A stretch of 42,691 nucleotides of DNA from Craspedostauros australis (lineage: Eukaryota): contig JALAGF010006564.1 of the NCBI GenBank assembly GCA_030167865.1, positions 1 to 42,691 of the forward strand, in the 5' to 3' direction. This document shows positions 10,510 through 20,192 of the stretch, piece by piece. A program made the position numbers and the translations under genes. The first letter of the stretch is position 1. Every line of letters begins with the position of its first letter. The notes beneath the pieces are model-generated. The model was not told the DNA's origin and searched no databases. It saw nothing but the letters and a program-made list of their open reading frames with translations.

Positions 10510-13500
10510 TTACTTCGCGTAACCGTTGGACCATTGCTGGAAGGAATCGTAGAGGTTGGTACCTCGGTGGTTGTTGGCCGTGGAAATCAGAGCCAACGCA
10601 CGTTTCTCCACCTGGTTGTCCGGGACGTTGAGCATCAGCCGCTCCTCGAATTTTCTCAGCGCAATGCCTCCGCCGTACCTCCATCCGGAGAAGCAGGGGT
10701 AGTTGCTCTTGTACATCATGATCTCCACCAACCCGAGCGCGATCTGCGAATTGGCGCGCGCCTGCTTGAATCCTTCCACGAACAGTCGCTGGAATTCCTT
10801 GTAACACGCGGATCCTTCGCCGCCCATCACATCGACGTACTCGCTCGTGAATTTGAACGGTGCGCGTTCCATGCTGAATTCGTGACCAGGGGCCATGCCC
10901 ATGGCGAAACCGAAGTCGATGAAGATGAGACGTCCCTTGGTGTCGATCATAATGTTACCATTGTGCCGATCCTTCAGGCCGAGCAGGTAGGAGACCAGGG
11001 AGTACGCCGCCAGACTCTGCATGAAGTTCTGTTGCGCCGCCTTGAAGGCCTTGCTGTCGGGACCGCCGTACGTTTCCTCGAAGTACCTGCGCATGCCACC
11101 CTCGGTCGGGTAGCCGTCCGCCTTCTTGAGTCCGTCGATGGATGTCGCATCCACCAGGACTTCGATGAGGCCGGTGCTGCTGGAGGTGCTGAGGATGCGG
11201 TAGGTCTTGAGCCAGAGCGGGAGCTTGGCCTTGGCGAAGACGGACTTGTAGAAGTGGATCATCTGCATGACGAACACTTCCTGGCGCAGATCGTCGTTGG
11301 ATTTGGACATGAGACTGACGACTTCGTACTGCGCGCTTGAGGATTGGCTAGCAGCGCTCTCCCCCAGCATGCGCAACGACTTCTCCGCCCAGCTCTCGCC
11401 ACCGCTGACGATCTGCTTGGCCCGGTTGAGGCTCGCCTGGTCGATGTCGCCTCTGTCCTCGGCGCCAAGAACGACCTTGTTCTTGCTCAGGATGCTGCTG
11501 CCACCGACCGAGACCTCGTCTTCGGCATTCTCGTACTCGCCCTCGAGGATTGGGATGGTCTGCATATGGGTTGCGTTGTCCAGAACGCTCGGTCTGCGGT
11601 TGCCACCTTCGATGCGCGACGCCAGCTTTCTCGGGATGGATGTCCAGCTCTCCTTGAGGAATCCTTGGAGCCTTCGGTTGCCCGATGAGCCTCCATCGGC
11701 CGTGTCCGATCCGGAAGGCTGCATGGTGTCGTGCCAAACCGAACTGCTCTCCGTCGCCTCGCTGCGGTCGGACTGGGCCACGCCGTTGGAGTCACCGTTC
11801 GAAACAGCGACGTCGTTGGTGGCACCGTCATCCTCGTCGGCCTTGTAGGCTTCCGACTCCGTCTCCTCGACGATCTTGTCTTCGTCATCGTACAGATCGA
11901 AGCGCTTGTGCATGTATTCGGCAACATCGAGGTTTTGGTTCATGTGCGTGGACTCCTTCAGGTTGACGGTTTCACCGCGCGCGCCGAGGAAGTACATGAT
12001 GACAGGACAGCGCTCATTCGTGTTGAACACCCGCGTGTCCTTGTGGAAGGTTGCCGTGACGCGACGCCACGTGTCGGTGGATCCGCAGAGAGGGACGTAG
12101 ACGCATGGTGGGATGGTCATCTCGTTGAGCAGGGCAGGCGCGAGCTTCTTGCGTTCGGCACGGTCCTTGAAGCGGAGCTCCTCCGCGATGTCGGTCACCC
12201 GGCGGATGAAGTCGCGTTCGTCGCGGAAGAATTCGTAGCGGCTGCGCTGGGCGGGCGTCATGTCCTGGATGATCTGGTTGTCCTTGTCGTTGGGCGCCAT
12301 GTTCATGGACTTGTCGGTGCGTCCGAAGATGGAGGTGGATGTCGACTCGTCGCGCAGAATGTTGATCCACTTGTGCATGTCCTCCTGCGAGTCGGCGCGC
12401 ATGCGGAACTCGAAGTTGCGGTTGACGACGTCGAAGGCGAATTGGTACTTGTAGTTGGTGACCTCGGCGATCTGGGCACCCTCGAGCGGCATGCTGCGGA
12501 TGAGACGGCGCGATCCGTCCTTGCTGGATGCGTTGTAGCAGTTGAGCATGCGTTCTTCGACGGCGAAGTAGCGTTCCTTCCATGGCTTCGCCTTGAGGCA
12601 GGATGTGCGGATGGCGCGTTTGTAGAGGAGCATGCCGCCGAACTCGGAGCCGTCCTCTGCGTCCTCCTCCTGGGTGATCTGAAGCGCGGCGAAGCGACGG
12701 TCCGCCTGCTCCAGGATCTGGTACTCCGACTTCGTGATTTTGCCCTTCTCGTAGAGACGCTGCAGCTCCTGCGATCTTGGGCGTTTGTAGACGACGCACC
12801 GTTCCATGTTGGTGAGCAATTTGATACATCTGATGTAGAAGAGCGGGTTGTGATTTGGATTCTCCTCCCCGCTCGGAAGCTCCGGCTGGTAATCCTCGAT
12901 GGCGCCCTGCAGGATCCAATTGAGCTGCAGCGCGAAATGCACGCTCTGCTGACCGATGACCAAGGCGAAACGTTCCAGGATGGCGTCATCCCACTCTGCC
13001 TCCAAGTGAATGATCATGTGCGCAAGCTGCGGGAGGTAAAACTCGATGCCCTCGAACACATGCCGCGATCCAGCGTACTGTCATCAGCATGATTGTGCGT
13101 GTTCGAGTGCGTGTACGTTTGCGTGTGCATATGTAGTATAGTGCATATGTAGTATAATGCATGCGTTTGTGTATGGTGTGCATTGTGAGGGTGTGCACCG
13201 CGAGTAGGATGGAACGAGAACGAAAGCAAGACAACAGCATGAGTTTGATTCCATTGGATTCTGGTGGATTGCATCAAGATTCCTGCTTCGCTGATGGAGG
13301 TCGAATCTGCGGGGAACCAAAAGGCCTGCCATTGCTCCCACTGCTTTGCATTCGGCTGCGACTCAACTGAACTCAATCCAATTCGATTGCAGCGAGCATG
13401 GTGCTGTGAATGGACCGTTGCTCCTCCCAAGCAAGCAGTTGGTCTTGGAGTACACTACATACCTTGGCAACGAACTTGGTCATGAATTTGACGACCTGCG

Positions 13501-14335
13501 GATCATCACGGAATTGCCAAATGAGCATGACGACCTTGTCCATCGGCACCTTGTCATCGGCTGAATATCCCAGGACCTCATCGATGAGTCTGCGCACGAA
13601 CGGAGTTGGTGCAAATGCGTTGCGGGCGGTGCATGCAGAGCATCGAAGAGTCGCAGCGTACGAGAAGTGCCAACCACATGCGTAACAGCGACATTGACAA
13701 AGGCAGGCTGTGAGAAAAGGAAGGCACAGGCAGTTGCACAGTTGTCTCGATGTGTTCCATGCAACTCAACTCAATTCAATTCAACTCGATTTGATTCAAC
13801 TCGATTTGATTCAACTCGATTCCAACACCATCTGTTCCATCGATCGCACTTGAATTGTCGCGATGTGATTGTTGCCAATGGGTTGACCAATCAGCGTTTC
13901 GCCGTTCCGTTTCTCCAGTTCTTCGCGGCCGCTTGCGGGAGAAGAAAAGACTCCGAATCCACCAACGACTCTATTCTCTTTGCGGAGACGCAGAGAGCCG
14001 AACGAGCGTACGTACCTCGCCTTGAAGGCTTCATGCTTGCTTCGGAGATGCGTGCTCATTTGGTTGGCTGGCACGGGATCTTCGTAGTAAGCGTTCTCGG
14101 TCGGTTCGATGATGAGGTATGTCTCGGATGCGGGCGGTTGGTGCTGGGCGCGTCCTGCCGATCTGCTCGAGTGCTGCTGGCCTTGAGGATGACTGTGGGG
14201 ATCCTTCAGACGCTGCTTGACTCGGCTGGTCTCCTTCTGCAACCGAAGCAGTGTGGGGGATGGCGCTGCCGTTGCGGATGCTGTTGCTGAGGATGGGTTC
14301 GTCACCGGTGAGCGGACGTCGACAATGGTAGCCAT
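10510..14335 (-). CDS. Phosphatidylinositol 4-kinase (type III beta/Pik1-like) with inserted PH domain; proposed exons 14335-14016, 13745-13463, 13077-10510 (~1056 aa)
   Basis: IEFYLPQL helical (PIK/LKU) motif, RVFNTNERCP, KSNDDLRQE, LGLKDRHNGNIMID, IDFGF, ERAPFKFT. PH-like block GMLLYKR...WKERYF...DMHKWINIL at ~12345-12642. Intron 13078-13462 is canonical; the exon1-exon2 junction needs a GAG acceptor and is less certain. Confidence 0.85.
13762..13822. repeat. Intronic degenerate pentamer/15-bp tandem repeat (caact/caatt, then TTCAACTCGATTTGA x~3)
   Basis: Read directly; lies in PI4K intron 1 just upstream of the proposed acceptor. Confidence 0.8.
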
Positions 14336-16046
14336 GGGCAGATTTGTGCCGGGGTGGGTAGCTGTTGCGCCTTTGGCGGGTTCGTTGCTCTACAAGCAGT
14401 CTGAAGTAGTGCGGCGTAGCGTGCGCCAGAATGCGAGCTGTTCTGGGTCGTATCCGATCGTTGCGTTGCGTTGTGCGTTCCGTTGCGTTGTGTCGTTTCA
14501 ATGCGCCTATTAATTTTTTTTGGGCGCTTCCAAATGTCCCGCCCACAGAAAAGGCACCACGTCGTCGTTGCCGCGGCCATCGCCGTTCTTCCCTCCTTGG
14601 TCATGAGTGTTGGTATCCTGGTTGAGCGCTGTGTGGTCACGTGCGCGCCACCTGTTGCGGGTTGCTATCCCGCACAAAACAGAAAAGCAAGGATGTCCCT
14701 CACAGACACACGGTCGTGAACGAGGGAAAGAAGCACTTTCGAGTCCCGTTTGCGTTGATTCTCTTGGCATTCGTCTTTGTGCTTCCGTGTACAAGTATAT
14801 ACCTTATATATAGTATCTATTTCAATCTTGTTTCGACACATATACCATGCGATGTGTACTAGTATGTATCATTCAGTCACGGAGGACGAAAGAGATTTTT
14901 CTTTGTGACTGTTGTTGATGACCGTTTCGGAAGATGTGACATTTGTTATCGTGAGATCGGCCGAATCGGTTTCTTGTGAGCTTCCCTGTTGTTGTCGCGT
15001 TGGGCGTTGTGAGCGCGAACAGATTGTGCAGCAGTGTAGTCCGCAGACATCTCAGCGGGGCGCTTGTTGTGGCTGGACGATGTCGATGAGTCATGTTACA
15101 TCATACTATGCGCAGAGGAGTGGAGTGGCTTGTTGCCTGAATCTGCTTTTGGTTTCGACATTGCTGTTCCAGCAGTCTCTCTGTTGTTTCAGCACCAACG
15201 ATCTCTCTCTCTCTCTCTCTCTGAAGAGAGTCCTGCGTGTGTCTAGCTATACCTCTCGTTGTTGTGCTTGGATCCCCATTTCCAACAACAACGATGGCAA
15301 CAACAACGATGGCAACAAGAGCAAAATCCCGAATGATCGAAAGTTCGTGATGTTGCGCGAACGAGTTGTGTGCGCCTTCTCGTCAAACAAAACTGTTCGG
15401 TCGTGTGACATTATCCAGTAATAAATGCAATCAGGCGGAACGTGCCACATTTAACCACTCGCGACAAGTTGCCCTTTCCGCAGAGTGCCCCGAGGCTGAC
15501 CAACATGAAAGTGAGGGACAGAGAAATCGCGCGGGCGGCCACCAAGATTCCGCAACTCCGATCAGCAACAACACGATCAGCAACACGCAAACACCGACAG
15601 GAACTCCGGCAAGAGAGGCACCATCTTGGTGGAGGCCACTCCGAGAAACTGGCAGAGAGGAATTATCCACATCTGCATCTCCAGCAACCAAACTCTCTCG
15701 CGTGAAGCATCTCCCAAGGCAGTCACATCGATAACCGTAGCCATAACCGCAACTGCAAACAATTCATCACAACCGTTTTCAGTATTGGAGGCAAGGCTCG
15801 TGTGTTGTGACATCCACAAAAGAGTGTAATAGGTGGTTGAACACCAACTCATACTCTCCCAATCCTGACAGAATACAAAAGACAAGAGGGCAACAACACT
15901 TCCCACCACCACATCATCGCCATCTCTCCTCCCACCCCCAAGGCCTCACAACACACAACACACAACAGCCACACTCAAGGCAATACCTCGATCGTACACT
16001 ATTATTAATAACATAGTCGTAATCGAGTAGCTCTCAATCAACAACC

Positions 16047-17618
16047 ATGACGACAGAGAAGAAGAAGCAAGCGTCCATCTCCTCAGCGCCTGGAGGTGCC
16101 ATGCAATCAGAAACCAAAAAGGCGAAGAAGAAGAAGCCCAAGCGATCCAAGTCGGACGGCGATGCGGCAGGCATTGCGCAAGCACCAGGCGATGGGACGC
16201 CGACGACCAAGCCCAAGAAGAAGAAGAAGAAGAAGTCAGTCACCAACCTCAACGCGGACGGCACCCCGGCATCTCCAAACCACAATGGGGACTCTCCGGC
16301 GGCGCCCAAGAAGAAGAAGAAAAAGAAGAAGAGCGTGGTTGGTGAGTCCTCCGCAGCCAGCACCACCACCACCAACAACAACAACAACAACAACAGGAGA
16401 CCGCCGCACATGGCAGGTCGCGGACCACCAGGGCGGGGTTTCGGGCCGCCGCAAGGACGCGGACGAGGACGAGGACCGATGCCACCAGGTGCGAGAGGCG
16501 GGCCACCACCGCGGGGGCATTCCAACACGAGGCCTCCTCCGCGGCGAGCACCGCCACCTGGCTATCCGGGTCGCGGAGTTCAAGCGCGATCTCAGCCAGG
16601 ACCGCCGCTCCGAAACCACAGCAACGGGACCATCTCGACCGCCAGATCTGCTGCTTCCTCGGTGCAGCGTTCCAGCCGCCAGCGCCCCGCAGCACCGCAA
16701 CATCCGGACCAGTCGCCTTCGGGCAGCCGCGTCAGCAAGAAGACGTCCATGCAGAAGACGCTAGACAACACATCCAGCCACAGCAGCGCCGTCCAGCCCA
16801 ACGGCCAGCCCAAGGAAAGCGAGCAAACCACGGACGACGAGTCGTGGAATCCGCCCAGCAACCTCCTCATCCTGCTCTGGGTGGTGGTCGGCGCGGAGCT
16901 CCTCATGGATCTCATCACCACCATCATCTCCTTCAAGTACTTCGTCGAGACCGGCTCGTGCTGCGGAGAGCCCATCGGAAAGGCCAATCTCCCCATCGGC
17001 CTCACCGTCCCCTTCTTCCTCATCGTCTTGGTCGAGATCGTCCTGCTGGCCTACTCCATCCGCCTCAGCCTCTACATCCGAAAGCGAGGCACGCAGCTCA
17101 GCCGGGGCGGATTCATGCAGGATCCCGCCAACCCGGACGACAAGTTCCTGGTCCTGCCAGACATGCACAGCCAGAGCGGCTCCAAGTGGATGAGCTTCAT
17201 CAACGTCCTCGTCCTGCTCAATCCATTCTTCGGTTCCGTCATCGCCTGGATGCTGCTGTACCAATCCAGCGAGCAGGAGTCCTTCACGGTCTTGGGCCTC
17301 GAAGCGGCCTCCCTCCTCCTGCACTGGTTCTCAGTCTACCTCGAAGGCCGCCGCCTGTCCTGGTGCTCCAAGGCCATGCACGCCGTCCCCATCATCCCCT
17401 TCTTCGTCACGGTCATCTGCATCCTCGTCTACCTGCAGGAGGGCGGCGTCTGCTACCTCGCCGAGGACTCCGTCTTCTGGTACGAAGGCTGCCAGCTGTG
17501 TGCCGATGGCACGCTGCCCGTGCGCGAGAGCGGCGTCTACGTCTGCGCCGACGAAAGTTCGGCAACGCAACAGACCTACTGCGGACTCGACAAGCAGTTC
17601 TGCTTTTATCCGTATTAG
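16047..17618 (+). CDS. Uncharacterised membrane protein: Lys/Pro/Gly/Arg-rich disordered N-terminus, about five TM helices, Cys-rich C-terminal tail (523 aa)
   Basis: Long intronless ORF with strong GC3 bias in the 3' half. Hydrophobic segments LLILLWVVVGAELLMDLITTIISF, LTVPFFLIVLVEIVLLAYSI, FINVLVLLNPFFGSVIAWMLLY, FTVLGLEAASLLLHWFSVYL, AVPIIPFFVTVICILVYL. Confidence 0.8.
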   Translation: MTTEKKKQASISSAPGGAMQSETKKAKKKKPKRSKSDGDAAGIAQAPGDGTPTTKPKKKKKKKSVTNLNADGTPASPNHNGDSPAAPKKKKKKKKSVVGESSAASTTTTNNNNNNNRRPPHMAGRGPPGRGFGPPQGRGRGRGPMPPGARGGPPPRGHSNTRPPPRRAPPPGYPGRGVQARSQPGPPLRNHSNGTISTARSAASSVQRSSRQRPAAPQHPDQSPSGSRVSKKTSMQKTLDNTSSHSSAVQPNGQPKESEQTTDDESWNPPSNLLILLWVVVGAELLMDLITTIISFKYFVETGSCCGEPIGKANLPIGLTVPFFLIVLVEIVLLAYSIRLSLYIRKRGTQLSRGGFMQDPANPDDKFLVLPDMHSQSGSKWMSFINVLVLLNPFFGSVIAWMLLYQSSEQESFTVLGLEAASLLLHWFSVYLEGRRLSWCSKAMHAVPIIPFFVTVICILVYLQEGGVCYLAEDSVFWYEGCQLCADGTLPVRESGVYVCADESSATQQTYCGLDKQFCFYPY

Positions 17619-17966
17619 TGCGACGATTGGTGGGCAGTATTGACGATTGGATCGTCAACGCTGTATCCACGATCGTCTTTTCTTTCTGTTCCATGCATGA
17701 AACAACAACAACACGCGCGTGTCAACACAAGTGGCAATCGCACAGTCTGCAGTTAAGCAGGGCTTGTGAGGTACCACACAGGCACATGAATTCTGTATTG
17801 CATTTATACTCTACTCTCATTAGCTTGAGACGATCCACATTCTAATTCCTGTATTTGCACGAATGGTAGTATTCATAGAGAAGCGTAGCGCCGACGCAAA
17901 CACTCCAGTTTCTGCAGCGTCAGATTACGCCTCGTATTGCTACACGGTTGCTCTTCCGCAACTCGC

Positions 17967-19478
17967 TTACACAATCTCCGGTGCATCCCGTCCCAATCCC
18001 GTCTGCCGCCAGAACTTGTACCGATGCTGCTTCTCGTCGTGCGTGTGCCGCAGGATCTGAATGCTGACGCAACCGGAACAGCAGAAGCCGGCGTACATGA
18101 AGTCATCGAGCCGCCCATCGCAGCATGCGCAGGTCGACGGCGGGATCTTGTACTTCTGACGGTAGTAGTACCGCGTATGCGTGAAGAAGATCCAGATGTA
18201 GACGTACCAAATGTACGACACGTAGATCGGCAGCACGAGGAAGGAGAGCGATTGCAGCACAATATGTGTCACAGTCGAGAGGGCGCACGTGTACCTGTAT
18301 TCGTTGGAGCGGGTCGATGGCAAGCCGAGGCAATTCAGTTTCAATCGTTGTGCGATCTGGCCGTAGACGATGGGAGTGCAGATAATGCCGAAGAGGCAGG
18401 CTGGTCGGAACAGGATCGATTTGCATTCGCAGAGGCGGTATCTCCAACGTTCCGTCGGAGCGTCATCGGTGTCACTGGAGAGATTGCCTGCCATTTCCAG
18501 CGGTTGCATATTGGTAGGTGCCGATGGCGCCGCTGCGCCGATCCTGGACATGTTGTGTCTCTGGCAGGGCAGTTGGTCGGACTCGTTGGCGTCACCGTCG
18601 CTTGAGCTGTTGCCCGTGTGGCTGCAATGCTGGTGGTTGGGATTCAATGGGTTGTTTCCATAATCACAATCGCACCCACCGCCGCATCCGTTGCCACGTC
18701 TATCACCGTATCTGCCGCCGTCGCCATTGCGGTTGCCATTGGCACCCATCATCATCGTTCTGTTCATGATCCCACCGACATTGTCCTGTCTGCCTTGTGC
18801 GGTCGCTGCGCTGCCCTGCATATCCTTCTCTCCTGTTTCATCGACCGCAGCAATCCCAACGTCGCGCGGCTCATCCTCATCATACCGGTTGGTTGCGTGA
18901 CACTGCCTTGTCGACGCGGACGGATAAGGCACCTGGAACTGTTCACCTTCCACAACGCCCCTGTCTGGGACAGTGACGACAAAGTCAATGTCATCCACCT
19001 GCGCTGGGAACGTGTATCTGCCTGGCAATGATTGCGGGGCTATCACCGTCACCATCTTCACCGCCGTTGCCGCAGCAGCACCTACAGCAGAAAGCGACGA
19101 TTGGTGCGATGGCTCGTGCGATTGGCAATGCTGGCCATCCACATCGTTGCTTCCATCGTCGTGAATGGCGTACGCTTCACTCGCGTGGATCGTTATGGGA
19201 TCTGCCTCGGGGATGGCGACAGCAGTGGCCGTCACGATGTCTCCAACTATATCCGCCTCCACGTGAGCTTCTGCTGGGGCATGCCTCTCTGTTGCAGCCT
19301 GCAGTTGTGCCTCTACATCCGCATCTACCTCCGTCTCAGTGTCAGTCTCAGTCTCCACGGCCATCCCCAAGTCCAACCTTGCTTGCAATGGTGGTTCCAC
19401 AGGGATGGGCAGTGCCGTCTCCATCGTCATCTCATTCTCCCCGTCGCCATCTTCGCCATTCTCGTTCTTCCTCGTCAT
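17967..19478 (-). CDS. PLAC8-family cysteine-rich membrane protein with long N-terminal extension (503 aa)
   Basis: C-terminal RWRYRLCEC...CLFGIICTPIVYGQIAQRL...TRYYYRQKYKIP...CACCDGRLDDFMYAGFCCSGCVSIQILRH fits the PLAC8 pattern. Confidence 0.8.
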   Translation of the reverse strand: MTRKNENGEDGDGENEMTMETALPIPVEPPLQARLDLGMAVETETDTETEVDADVEAQLQAATERHAPAEAHVEADIVGDIVTATAVAIPEADPITIHASEAYAIHDDGSNDVDGQHCQSHEPSHQSSLSAVGAAAATAVKMVTVIAPQSLPGRYTFPAQVDDIDFVVTVPDRGVVEGEQFQVPYPSASTRQCHATNRYDEDEPRDVGIAAVDETGEKDMQGSAATAQGRQDNVGGIMNRTMMMGANGNRNGDGGRYGDRRGNGCGGGCDCDYGNNPLNPNHQHCSHTGNSSSDGDANESDQLPCQRHNMSRIGAAAPSAPTNMQPLEMAGNLSSDTDDAPTERWRYRLCECKSILFRPACLFGIICTPIVYGQIAQRLKLNCLGLPSTRSNEYRYTCALSTVTHIVLQSLSFLVLPIYVSYIWYVYIWIFFTHTRYYYRQKYKIPPSTCACCDGRLDDFMYAGFCCSGCVSIQILRHTHDEKQHRYKFWRQTGLGRDAPEIV

Positions 19479-20192
19479 GTTCCAAATGCATCAGAGGGCT
19501 TCAAAGGGCATTGAAGGTATTGAAGGGTAGTCAAGGGTAGTCAAGGCATCCAAGGCATCTGATGGTCTCGTGTCCCACAAAATCAAGCAATGACGAGCCC
19601 CAAACAAGGAGGGGACTATGGTGGTGTTGTGTGATCAGCATAGTCACGCACCAAATGCGGGTGATCTGCGATCTACTCCGAACAACACCGTGGATCCTTC
19701 CCCAGCGAAAGGTGAAACCGTTTGAGGAAACCCGCGCGCCCCTGTTTGTCGTCTTCGCAAGTGTTCGAGTTTCGGAAAGCACGGACTCCTGTGATGTTCG
19801 ATCCGACCTTGGCACGACAACAACAACAACACCAACGACAGACGTCATGACGGTGTCGTTCCCGAAGAACATCTGAAGGCGTTCGCTTTGTGAGTGAAGT
19901 GTTCGAATGGAGAATGTCCGTTTAACCAAGGGTACGTCATCGAACAATACTGAATTTATTACCAATTTACCGCAAGCACCCACATAGCATCAAACAAAAG
20001 GAGCATAAATAGTCCCTCACAATTCCAAACATCACCATCGACATCAACACCGTTCTTGTGGTTCGGACCACGCAAATCAACATGCGTGATAATACTCTTC
20101 TTCATCGTGCACTGTGTGTACGTCTACTACTACTAGTATAATATTCTATAATAGTTATCTGCACAATCCCTTCCAGCATTCCAAATACCTCT

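Noticed and set aside
10534..13092. Long antisense ORFs opposite PI4K (and similar ones opposite GlyRS, UAP56, SET and the LRR genes)
   Set aside because: Expected shadow ORFs of GC3-rich coding sequence; no recognisable motifs
14336..16046. Short ORFs between PI4K and the 5-TM gene
   Set aside because: No coding bias or motifs; contains (CT)n and CAA-rich tracts typical of promoter and UTR sequence
19500..19560. Degenerate 9-10-bp repeats (TCAAGGGTAG, CAAGGCAT) upstream of PLAC8, considered as telomere-like
   Set aside because: Not TTAGGG-type; most likely simple slippage repeats in a 5' UTR
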